Positions 22,111 to 32,059 of a DNA stretch of 64,000 bases are shown here, one piece after another (positions within the stretch are counted from its first letter, which is position 1; every line of letters begins with the position of its first letter). The notes below the pieces were generated by a model. That model saw nothing but the letters and a program-made list of their open reading frames with translations, was not told where the DNA came from and ran no database searches. The translations under genes were made by a program, and so were the position numbers. The stretch is taken from NCBI GenBank assembly GCA_002269645.1, contig NIVC01000291.1, positions 434,001 to 498,000 of the forward strand. The letters are read 5' to 3'. This DNA is from Macrostomum lignano. Taxonomy: Eukaryota.

Positions 22111-22561
22111 CCAACTTTTCTGTGCCCGCGATGCCGCGGAAAACCCTGAACTTGCCTGATCGTTAATTTTCTGGTAGTCCATAGGTTCACAAGGACAAAT
22201 TGTTTCATGTCTTAACTGGGTGAAGAGGTAGCTCTGGGGTGGTTCTTAGATTTTACGATGCCATGTAATTGTCCAGAGGATTGACGACTACAATTTACTT
22301 GTAAATGTAATTTATCCCCCACTTGGGCCTGGTCTTGTAGTCTGGTGAAACCAATAAACCAATAAACCAATTGGTGAAACCAATAAAAACAACTCAAAAT
22401 TTATTTGGCCCGGCCAAATAAATGGCAGAACCAATTAAAACTATTTAAAGTTTATTTGGCCGAAAAACAAAAAACGTTTCATAAAAAACAAAAAGCAACA
22501 AGTAGCAGCCCAGTCATTCGCCGGGAAAGAGTCGAATAATATTTTCTACTTAGGTTAAAAT

Positions 22562-23780
22562 CTAGTCAAACTGAATTCGAATTTTGTTTGTCTCACCACA
22601 AATCTCCACTCGCATTTTTTTCCCTGGTTGCCCAACGCACAGAGGGTCAGATGGAGGCACTGCGTTAACCGACTCACCAGGCTTAGCTGGCACAGCTGAT
22701 CTGGCAAATCCGAGGACGTCTCTAGCAACCTTCTCGTGCCCAACAGAAACTCCAATGTAACGCTCAACGGCTGAGCTGCTGTGGCCGGTAACTCGACAGA
22801 TGTCAGCGTGTTCTACCCCTGCCTCATGCAGCCGGGTCGCGCACGTCTTCCTTAAGCTTTGGTTAGTGTAACGCAGCGTGTCGTCCGGTGCTACTTGACC
22901 CAGGAGCCCCTTGACTGTATTTGCTAGAGTATGACGTCCGATCGGTCCTTTCGTGTACCATTCAGTTCCCGAATTCGGCTTCCAGTTTCTGTTCACTGCA
23001 AGAAACAGCGCCTTTGAGCAGCCACTTGGACGATGACTTACGTACTCCTTGTACGTGCAGACAACACATCTTTCATGGCTAGCTGAGTGAAAACCGCGAA
23101 CGACCTTTGCCTCCGCACGCAGACTCTTCAGACCACCCTGGTTCGTCTTTGAAATTCGATTGTCCTTGAATTCGAGACACTCGTCGCCGTCTGCCATGCC
23201 GATAGTAATCTGTCGATCGAACTCTAGGTCTCTCAGTTCATTCCCCCACGCAAGGCGAAATGCAGACCAATAAGCCAAATGACTGAGTCGCTGAGTTTCT
23301 TAGGTGTAGATAATCCGAGAATGCCTTCGTCCCAAAGCTTGTCCTCGCTTGTACTAGCAATTACCGCAGACCTGTTCAAACCTGCGCCTTTGCCAGCTCT
23401 TGTAGATTCCTTCATAGCAACCTCCAGCGCTTTCCTACTCTCCATGAACTCCTTATCTTTCCAAAGACTCCAGTCTCGCTTTAGTACAGCTTGCAGATGG
23501 AATTGGATCATGGACACGAAATCCTTCAGTGTAGAAGCACAGTACCTCTCACCGTCTTTATTCCTCACCTCAAGAATAAAAAACTTCAATAAATAATTCA
23601 GGTCCGACCTTGACATCTCCGGGAGCTCTTTCAAGACCATCAGAGATTGCCCTCCGCCTTCTGCCCAAGCTATCTTCTTCATGTTGTGCCACTCCTGAAA
23701 CGTTTTCACCATCCATGCAGCTTTTTTCTTCGTATTTTCCGGGTAGTTTTCCTCTATTTTCCGCTCGATGCGGACAAGCT
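22562..23780 (-). mobile_element. Crypton-type (DUF3504/ZMYM-KCTD1-related) tyrosine recombinase, split by a 1-nt frameshift at ~23243
   Basis: N-terminal ENTKKKAAWMVKTFQEW and LNYLLKFFILEVRNKDGERY. Catalytic-region motifs HFALRGG-NELRDL, SKTNQGGL, YTKGPIGRHTL, TNQSLRKTCATRL and TGHSSSAVERY give R-K-(H>Q)xxR-H-Y, which is the Crypton pattern. Confidence 0.88.
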
Positions 23781-24690
23781 GCTGAACCGCGACCTCTGCC
23801 TGTCCGATGGGTCGAAAGCTCTCGCCCGTGTAGGTGCGCAGCACCGTGGATGTCGGCGACAGACGGAGACCCGGCAGAACATCCTCTTGGAGACTCTTCG
23901 GGATGACGGTGAGGGCGGAGCCGGTATCCACCTCGAAGCGACATGGCTTGCCTTGGAGCAGCAGCTCGACCGCCAGACCCTTGCTCGATCCGCTCTGCCT
24001 AATGCTGAAGAGGGGCTCCTGCAGCTCAGCCGGCTCTGGGTCCAACTTGTGCAGCTTTGAAGACCTGCACACCTTGCGGATGTGCCCGACTTTGCCGCAG
24101 TTGTGGCACTTGGCCTCACGAAGCTTGCACTGCTGCCGACTGTGGGCGCCGCCGCAGCTTGCACACGCGCCTGAGGCAGCAGCTGCCCGCATAGCGTTGG
24201 CTTGAGCTCCGGGCGGCTGACGGGGAGCCTGCTTGTTGAGCTCTTTGGGCGCAGTGGGCTTCTTGTGGAGGCGCAGGTGAGCGACTGCTTCGGCACGGTG
24301 CGCCATCTCCGACGACGATTTTTCCGCTGCCTCCAAAGCGTCGACTCTGGCCACGAGCGTCTTGAAGTCGGGCTGTTCGATCTCCAGCAGCTTTGCACGG
24401 TGCACGTCACTGCGGAGACCGAAGACAAACTGGTCGCGCAGTCTCTCGTCCAGATTGCTGATGCAGTGGGATCCGTCTGACCCGTCCAGAGTGAACTCAA
24501 ATTTGCAGTGCTCCGAGGCAGCTTTTAGGCCAGCAATAAAGTCCGCGAGACTCTCGCCGGGCTTCTGCACGCGCCGTTGAAAGCGGAATCTGGCGGATAG
24601 CATTGACGTCTTGGGAGAGTAATGTGCCTTCAAGACAGCAGCTAAGTCTGAGTATGACTTGGAGGTCACCACATCACGCCAGTCAAACAT
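23233..24690 (-). CDS. Chimeric ORF (485 aa): truncated Gypsy-B Gag + aspartic protease fused in frame to the N-terminal half of the Crypton recombinase
   Basis: One stop-free frame contains KSYSDLAAVLKAHYSP, a double CCHC knuckle (CASCGGAHSRQQC, CHNCGKVGHIRKVC) and protease FEVDTGS, then switches at ~23780 to recombinase sequence. Whether it is expressed is unknown. Confidence 0.6.
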   Translation of the reverse strand: MFDWRDVVTSKSYSDLAAVLKAHYSPKTSMLSARFRFQRRVQKPGESLADFIAGLKAASEHCKFEFTLDGSDGSHCISNLDERLRDQFVFGLRSDVHRAKLLEIEQPDFKTLVARVDALEAAEKSSSEMAHRAEAVAHLRLHKKPTAPKELNKQAPRQPPGAQANAMRAAAASGACASCGGAHSRQQCKLREAKCHNCGKVGHIRKVCRSSKLHKLDPEPAELQEPLFSIRQSGSSKGLAVELLLQGKPCRFEVDTGSALTVIPKSLQEDVLPGLRLSPTSTVLRTYTGESFRPIGQAEVAVQQLVRIERKIEENYPENTKKKAAWMVKTFQEWHNMKKIAWAEGGGQSLMVLKELPEMSRSDLNYLLKFFILEVRNKDGERYCASTLKDFVSMIQFHLQAVLKRDWSLWKDKEFMESRKALEVAMKESTRAGKGAGLNRSAVIASTSEDKLWDEGILGLSTPKKLSDSVIWLIGLHFALRGGMN

Positions 24691-24946
24691 TCCGACTGGG
24701 CTGCGCCGATTGTGCCTGTTGTCAAGAAGGACGGTTCGGTAAGGATCTGCGGCGACTACAAGCTCACCTACAATGCAGAGTCTAGGCCGGAGCTGTACCC
24801 ACTGCCGCGCATTGAGGACTTATTTGCAAAGCTGGGTGGCGGCTGCAAATGGTCCAAGCTGGACATGTCAAACGCCTTCCTGCAGCTGCCATTGTCTGAG
24901 GACAGCAAGCCCTTCTTGACCATCAACACGCAGCGAGGCCTGTACG
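24673..24946 (+). pseudogene. Gypsy-B reverse transcriptase N-terminal fragment
   Basis: ITPVKHSDWAAPIVPVVKKDGSVRICGDYK...YPLPRIEDLF...SKLDMSNAFLQLPL...TINTQRGLY. Truncated before YxDD. Confidence 0.92.
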
Positions 24947-25903
24947 CTGAACCAGGCCGACCCGCCCAAAGCGCCGGTGCAACCGTGGCCGTTTCCTGCT
25001 GAACCTTGGGCGAGGCTGCACCTGGACTTCGCCGGCCCCGTTAACGGTCGCACGTACCTAGTCATCGTGGACGCCTTCAGCAAGTGGCCGGAGGTTCATC
25101 AGGTGCACAGCGTTACGTCTGCTGCCACCATCGAGCGACTCCGCGAGGTCTTCGCCAGACTGGGCATTCCCCGGGTGTTGGTCTCCGACAACGGCACGCA
25201 GTTCACCTCCGCGGAGTTCGGCGAGTTCACAAGGCGCAACGGCATTCGGCATGTTTTCTTGGCGCCGTTCCATCCGGCAACGAACGGCCAAGCGGAGAGG
25301 TTCGTTCAGGTGCTCAAGCGACATCTACTCAAGAGCGGGCACTCGACGGCGGCACTACAGCGGATGCTGCTGTCCTACCGCAACACGCCGCACTCGATCA
25401 CTGGCGAGGCTCCCAGCCAGCTGCTCATCGGCCGCAGACTGCGCAGTCGGCTGGACCTGCTGATGCCATCGCTGACGAGCAGCATGCAGCAGCACCAAGA
25501 GCGGCAGGTCGAGCAGCAGCCGCATGCGCGCGAGTTTCAAGTCGGCGACCGAGTTCTACTGCGCGACTTCAGCTCCAACGCTAAGGCTGGCGGCGGCACT
25601 CGCTGGGCGGAGGGTAGCGTCGTGTCCGCTAGATCCCGCAACTGCGACGTTGAGGTCGGCGGCGCTCTCCATCGGCGGCACACGGACCAGCTGCTGACGA
25701 GCTCGCTGCCGGAGGCCAACCCGTTGCCACCGGCCGCTGTCTCCGATGAACCGCATTCGCCGCCCACCGAGCAAAGCGAAGGCGACGGCGGCAATGACGC
25801 GCCGCAGGATGACGCGGCCACCGCCGCCGCTGACCGGCCGAGCAGTCCGGCGAGGCGCTACCCGCAGCGTCGAAGGCAGCCACCTGAACGCCTGCAACTT
25901 TGA
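24947..25903 (+). pseudogene. Gypsy-B integrase core and C-terminus (HHCC domain deleted)
   Basis: PPKAPVQPWPFP, PWARLHLDFAGP, VSDNGTQF, TNGQAERFV, TPHSITGEAPSQLLIGR. Joined to the RT fragment by a large internal deletion. Confidence 0.92.
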
Positions 25904-25973
25904 TCCTGAATTTGAACTGACTCTGACTTCGAACGAACTTTGCTAGGGAATGTTTCGAACTTTAGGGGGGAGA

Positions 25974-26294
25974 TGTCAGATAGCTTAGTTATACGTATGG
26001 CATTGGCCACTTAATAGTTCACTCAGTTAGATTATTATTATTTGTTATTTGATTTTAGTTCTAGTGCACCCTTGCCACCCCAGCGTCGGGGGCTGGAGTT
26101 ATCTAATTCACTTTCTTCTCTCTCTTGTTGGCCAGCGCGGCACCCACCCCTAATCTCAATCTAGTAATTTATGCTGACTAAGTGAATTCAATTTAATAAA
26201 TACTGCGACACCACGCATAAGATTTCGCGTGTGTTTTTCCACTTCCAATTTGCAAATACTAGTCTCGTTTGCGCACTCGGCTCATAACCTCACA
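25974..26294 (+). repeat. 3' LTR of Gypsy-B (solo within this window), ~321 bp
   Basis: Follows PPT AGGGGGGAGA (25964-25973), starts TGTCAG, contains AATAAA (26195), and ends CTCACA where element A's RT is interrupted. Confidence 0.75.
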
Positions 26295-28059
26295 GGACTT
26301 TTGAGTCGATCTCTGAGTCAGATTTTCCGCCGAGAAGAATGTCGTCCTGATAAACTATCTTGCCGGTGATGTCAGTAAGGACAGATTCCATTGCCTTTTG
26401 AAAGATAGATGATGCAGATTTGAGACGCTTATAGCGATAGAGGCCCAAAGGTGTGGCGATGGTGGTGATCTCTCTGCTGTCTTCGTCAAGCTCTATCTGC
26501 AAATATGCATCTGAGAGGTCGATTTTGGAGAAGTGCGACATTCCAGAGGTCTCCGCAAAGATTGTCTCCATCTCAGGCATTGGGTACGTATCATTGCACA
26601 CCTGGTGATTAACTCCTGCCTTAAAGTCAGCACAGACGCGCACCTTTCCGTTAGGTTTCAGCACACTGACAATTGGTGAGGCCCACTGGCTCCCTCCGGC
26701 TGGAACAGGTTCGATTATCTGCTCAGCCTCCATTCGCTTGAGTTCCTCGTTAACCCGGTCTCGCAGGTGAATGGGAACGGGCCTAGCTGCGCAGTAAAAC
26801 GGTTTTGCTCCATCAACAAGGCGAATCTTGGCTTTGAAGTTTTTGAGACATCCTAGCTGGCCGACAGCGTTGATTGTAATAGCGTCCCCTTGCAGCTTGA
26901 TGACGTCCATTCCCAGCAGTCCATGTGGTTTGCTGGCCTCCGTGACGATTAAGTCCAGTGTGACAAAGTTGGTGTCAGTTTCTAGGGAGGCAGTGAATTC
27001 TCCTAGACAGGAAATGCTGGATCCGTCGTACTGCCTGAGTGTTCGCCTGCACTTCCTGAGGGAAGGGCGGCCGAGCTTGACCCACAGATTTTGCGGAAGT
27101 AGACTCACCTCGGCGCCCGTGTCAATCTGCATGGGCAGGGTCCGACCATTGATCTTCGCTTCGTGAAAGAGTCCGGTGCTACGCCCTGGAGCGACCACGA
27201 AAATGTCGGCTGGCTCTTGGTCCTGATTCTCATGATCGCTTGTCGTTTCTTCTTGGGTCAAGTGCACTTCTCTGGATCTGCAGACCGCCGCAAAATGATT
27301 CTTTCGTTTACACTTGGTGCACCTCTGACCAAAGGCTCGGCAACTGCCTTTGGGGTGAGTTGTACCGCAGTAATTGCACCTGCCTTTACCAGCCGCTCCT
27401 GAGGACTTGGCTGCCGCACCGGCCGTTCTTGGTTGACCTGCAAAAGCGATCTCCAGGGGAACGGGCGCGCCTGATGAAGCGGTGTTGGTCGTACCCTTAT
27501 TGTACTGTTGGATTTGCTCGAGCTGCTGCAGGTTTTGCAAGATATCGTCAAGAAGTTTTTCTTCGCCTCGAAGCTGCTCCAAAATTCTCTTCTTGTGTTC
27601 GGGAGAGGCAAGGCCGTCGATTAGCCTCATTGCGATGAGGTCGTTTTCCTTGGACTGCTTGGCCCCAAGTTCCTCGAATTCGCAGAGTGCCGCCGCTGCT
27701 CGAAGCCGACGGTAGTAAGTGCTGATCGATTCACCCGGCTCTTGTTTGAGGCTTAGAAATCTGGTGCGTTCAGCGATGACCAGCCTTTTCTTAGGCCGGA
27801 TTGTTGCTGTTGCTAGTGTCTCGATTTCGCTAAATTTGAATGCCTCCAGCTTTTTTGGTGCAGCCATCAGAGAGAGCGTCCGGATCGCCTGTAGTCCAGC
27901 CTTTGATAGGAACAAGTCAGTCTTATCCCGCGCTTCGTCCGTGTCCGTAAGTTTCTTAATGCGGGCCGTGGCGGAGAGCTGCTGCATCCATGCCTCAGCG
28001 AGTTCAGGATCGTTGAGGTTGAGTTCTTGACTCCGAATTTCGCCTGCTTGCGACGCCAT
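26295..28059 (-). pseudogene. Element A gag-protease-RT (N-terminal half), interrupted by the Gypsy-B LTR
   Basis: Double knuckle CNYCGTTHPKGSC and CTKCKRKNHFAAVC; protease MQIDTGA; RT WASPIV, RVCADFK, KIDLSDAYLQ, YQDD. The usual PFG motif is missing (YKRL-KSASSIFQ). Confidence 0.92.
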
Positions 28060-28429
28060 TGACGTGACGCGAAAGTCAGGAGCTGATTGTTGCTTAATAA
28101 CTAATGTGAATGCTTGCGATATATTTGTAGAATAGCCAAAGTAACTTGACGAGTTAAAGACCGAGAGAAATAGCTTAAATATTGTAAATATTGAATTTCA
28201 CTGATGCAGTGGCACTGTGAGTGGAGAGAGTACAAAATGGTAGAGATTAAGGGGCGAGGCAATAGCTAGCGCTATGATGCACATGGAACAGAGTAGAGTA
28301 CGCATAGAGTACACAATGATTTACTGAGTACACGCAGATCGCAAGCTGCAAACAAAGTGACTAAGCGAAGTTAAACAAACAAACCCCCCCACAGTTACAC
28401 AGCTCACAACCCAATCAACCGTCACTTCA
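28060..28429 (-). repeat. 5' LTR of element A (370 bp)
   Basis: Direct repeat of 20412-20782, immediately followed on the minus strand by ATGGCGTCGCAAGCAGG (PBS and start codon). Confidence 0.95.
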
Positions 28430-29289
28430 GGAAGTCAAAGTGACATCTTTTACTCACATGTCTGAATGTACCTAAATCACCACCTACATGTAGTTGCAGC
28501 GCTGAAAAGACACGCATTTTTTTTTATTTTCACCAGCACGTTCTCTCAATTTTAATGATTTGACGTGTCAAAACTAAAAAATTAATAGCATGCAGCTCCG
28601 GCATACTTGGTTGGGGTATGTTCGCCCGCCGGATGTTAGGGAATAAACTATTCGCATCTGATTTCATCATTTCGAACACCCAAATTATGCCACGCAGCTT
28701 CTATATTATTGACTTCGACATTACGAGTATTGAGTCCTGAATTCCATTGTGTATTGTACGCTCGTATTATACCTGGCTGAGGGCCACGAAATACCGCATT
28801 AAAAAACTAACAGATCGATAAATTAAAATACAACGCGTACTGCAAAAATGCCTACTCTAAATTATACAGAACTTTTACAAGCGTATTTAACAGTGGGAAT
28901 AGCAAGCCATTTTTCCGCCCGTCGAACTACCAAGGGTAATTCCCGCCCCCCCGCCTGACATTTTTTTGCTTCACCGGAACGAAGCAACGCAGGCACACGA
29001 AATTCAAGAACACAGACTAACTTTTTGTTGCGCAACTTCTCAAACAAGAATCGAGTTGCCAGCCCTCCGGACCGTCGAGATATTCGACGATTCTGCCAGA
29101 AAGTCGGATTTTTTCTATAAGCGCCAGTGTATTCAGTACACCCCTGTGCGCCAATCAGCACTGCGCCTCAGTGCAGCCTTGCCAAGCCTCCAAATTTCAT
29201 CAGCACATCGATCACATGTGTCTGCATCAGCTCTGACTTCGTTGGTCACTGGCCTTCACCCAGGCGGAGCTTCTGGATCTTCAGCAGCC

Positions 29290-29867
29290 GGCACCATTTG
29301 ACTATGAACACCCTGATGCGAATTTCTCTAGTTTTGCTGATCAAGCCTCGGCAGTGGGCAAACCTCAACTGCTGGACATCCTCAGCTGGTCTCTCAAGCA
29401 TTCCGTCATCACCCGGACGCCGTCGGCACCTTCAAGAAGACAAGAACATGACTATGGACACCCAAATGAGAAGATTTTTTGTTTTTTAGCAATTTTAGTT
29501 ACTTTTACTTAATCTTGAGTTCATACAGAAAATTTGATAGTTTTTTGTATTTTTTCTCTTGGCGAAAATTCAGTTCAATTTACGGTTCAATTAACTAATT
29601 ATGTCATCACGTCGGGTGATGACAGACTGTTGGAGAGTCTAGCTCAGAATGGACCAAAGTCGCATGGTGTAATCTGTTGAAGGCGCCGACGGTGTCGGGG
29701 TGACGACAAAGTACTTGAGAGACCAGCTGAGAATTTTCGGCAGTCGAGGCTTGCCCACTGTCGAGGCTTGATCAGCGAAACTAGAGCAATTCGCATCAGA
29801 GTGTTCATAGTCACCTGGTGCCATCTGTTCAAGGTGCCGACGGCGTCCGGGTGATGACGGAATGCTT
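29290..29867. repeat. Inverted repeat pair (~29290-29440 and ~29676-29867) with an AT-rich spacer
   Basis: The arms align by eye (GACTATGAACAC.CTGATGCGAATT.CTCTAGTTT.GCTGATCAAGCCTCG.CAGTGGGCAA.CCTC and AAGCATTCCGTCATCACCCGGACGCCGTCGGCACCTT). Confidence 0.85.
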
Positions 29868-32022
29868 ACCACGGTGCCGTTTTTGAGAATCCCGACTCCT
29901 GATATGACAAACGCAAATTAATACATTGCCATTAAAATTTTAGTGCGCTCGTAGCTCGCACGGGATAAGACCAAAATTTCACAACGCCTTTTAAAAGATG
30001 CTGCATTTTGAGTTTTTGGTGACGATACAACAATACGTAGAAGCTACAATACCTTCCGCTGTAAGTAGTAACTAATGCACGAGCAGTTGGTACACCGATA
30101 AATATAGTTCATACGTTTGTTATATCGTTATAGATACCAGCTATTTTGAGCCTAATTTTTGCAATTGCGATATTACAATTTCCACATTGTGTACGCCTGG
30201 GCCTGGGCATGGCAGCGGCTGGCGGGTAGAGAGGTTCAAATCGCAACCTATGATAGACCAAAATTATCTAAATAAGTCCACTCTATCCTAGGGTTGTGTC
30301 TCTTTGATTGACGTTTACCTGCCCCGCTCCAGAGGGAGGCTCGCTGCTATCTGTGCGCATCTGCAGCTCGGTGGTCTGCTGCACTGCACGCGGGCCAATG
30401 TTTAGACATGTCACCGTTTACATGTAGTCCACCCGACACCCAAGCCAGGTGAGCCAATTGCAAATTCATTTGAGCCCGCAGTGCCAGTAGATAAGAACGA
30501 CACTTCCAACTAATATAAATATCTTTTAGAAGCAGCCACAGAAAGCAATTTCTGTGCTGGCGCAACTGTGGGGATTGGAGCTGCGGGACTTTGCTGGCCA
30601 AAATCTTATCTATTGCTGGCCGAGCCGCATGGCAAACCGACGGCTTGGAGAAAATCGAGATAACGCGCTCGGATAGACTTGCGATTAATTTGCTGCAGTG
30701 AAGCATCTGGGCCGGAGACGTGTGGAAGTCACGTCAACCTGGCCGAGCTAGTTTTTATTCAGGTGGGGAAGGCAAGCGGCCGCGGGCATGTCTTTGCGCT
30801 GGGTGATCGGAGAGAGGAACCAGGGCTTGTCTGCCTTGTCAAACTGGACAGCCCAAGATGGTGCTTCGGCGTGGTTGTAACGAGCCCGCCAGCAGATTCC
30901 GAACTCCCTGGCTGAGCAGGGAACACTAAAGATTTTTAGTGGCGCCACAAGACCTAGAGAGCCTTGGACTGAGGCTGGCTGCCTCTCTTTCCCAGCCGGC
31001 AGCCGCCAAAGCCGCCAAGATACCGACGCCACAAAGTCAAACAATTGCCGCAGAGCAACCAGGTTTGGATCAATGATTTATTTCCCTGTAGTTCATCGTC
31101 CGAAATCCATCCATCGTGAATAGCGAAGCGCATATATCTGATATTTTCTACAGAGAGCGGCAGACACTGACAGTTCTTTCTTACCTGCCAGTTTCTACTT
31201 GCATCGGCCCGCTTACTTTGCGATTGCAATATAGCAGAGGGGCAGGTGCGGGCAGGTGGGGGGCAGGCGGCGCGGAGAGGGGCGGATGCAAAGGGGCTGT
31301 CATTCCTTACAAACAAGTGCAGCGGAGCCCGCGGGGGAGTTGCAACTTGATGGATTGTTTATTCTGATAAATGGGCTTCTCTCGGCCTCCTCCCACCCCT
31401 CCCTAACTTAATGTCTTGCCTCTGCCTTAAAAATAGCAGCCCACCCAGTCCCCTTCAGATGGTCCGAGCCAATGGGGGACAAGGGAAATCCTTATTTCTC
31501 ATGCCACCCGTGCGGAGCAGCGCGTAAAGTGGAGAGGAGAGGAAAGGAGGGACAAGAAACCTTTTTATATAAATTGGTCGCCCACCCCGAACCCCCCAGC
31601 CATTTCAAAGCCCCGCCCAAGCGGCATTTTCTACCCCCCAACCCTCCCTCCGGCCCGGGCCTGTCAAGTAGCGCCCGGCACTGGAAAGATTTATTACCCT
31701 CGGGCCCGGCTGTACCCGCTTGCATTCTCATTTTGATTATTAGCTGACAGGCCTCTGTTACGGAGAAGCAAAGGCATAAAGCGAGTCAAGCGACTCAAAG
31801 CAACCCCATCCATTATTATACGCAGCGGAGCAAGTGGCCCGAAAACTGCTGCAGAAAGCCACCTGATCTTATTCTTCGACTCCAGCAAAGTAAAAGAGTC
31901 TTTGCACTTGCAGCAACCCATAACAACTCCGTGTAAGCAATAAGCATAATTCCGCCACCAGTCATCAGGAGAAATCGCACGGCCCTGGCCTCGGACTTGC
32001 AGAAGTTGCACAGGAACAGATC

Positions 32023-32059
32023 ATGTTTCTCGCATGTTTGCTTTTACTCCTGTTTGCAG
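32023..32059 (+). other. Candidate orphan signal-peptide exon (MFLACLLLLLFA, phase-1 donor), possibly an alternative first exon of the PTK7-like gene
   Basis: ATG, a hydrophobic stretch and a CAG|GTGAGA donor. The phase matches PTK7-like exon 2 at 45283. Confidence 0.35.

Larger units (their letters stand above)
20412..28429 (-). mobile_element. Composite Ty3/Gypsy (Mag-like) LTR retrotransposon 'A', defective, carrying a nested cassette
   Basis: LTRs at 28060-28429 and 20412-20782 (TGA...TCA) differ by 2 substitutions and 1 poly-C indel as far as I could compare. 5-bp TSD GGAAG at 20407-20411 and 28430-28434. PBS-like sequence at 28043-28058 and PPT at 20783-20794. Confidence 0.95.

Noticed and set aside
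23236-23252. Programmed -1 frameshift in the recombinase
   Set aside because: T GGG GGA is not a canonical X XXY YYZ slippery site and I saw no stimulatory structure. A mutation or homopolymer error is simpler.
20412-28429. A bona fide DIRS/Ngaro element
   Set aside because: It has direct TG...CA LTRs, a TSD, PBS/PPT and DDE integrases, with no ITR/ICR or split direct repeats, and the YR is Crypton-type.
19670-29990. Shared AAATTTCACAACGCCT motif next to both inverted duplications
   Set aside because: It is a 16-bp AT-rich match in non-equivalent positions relative to the two duplications, too weak to infer a common capture element.
30347-31367. Several 80-120-aa ORFs
   Set aside because: No recognisable motif, they overlap on both strands, and they lack the GC3 bias of real exons here.
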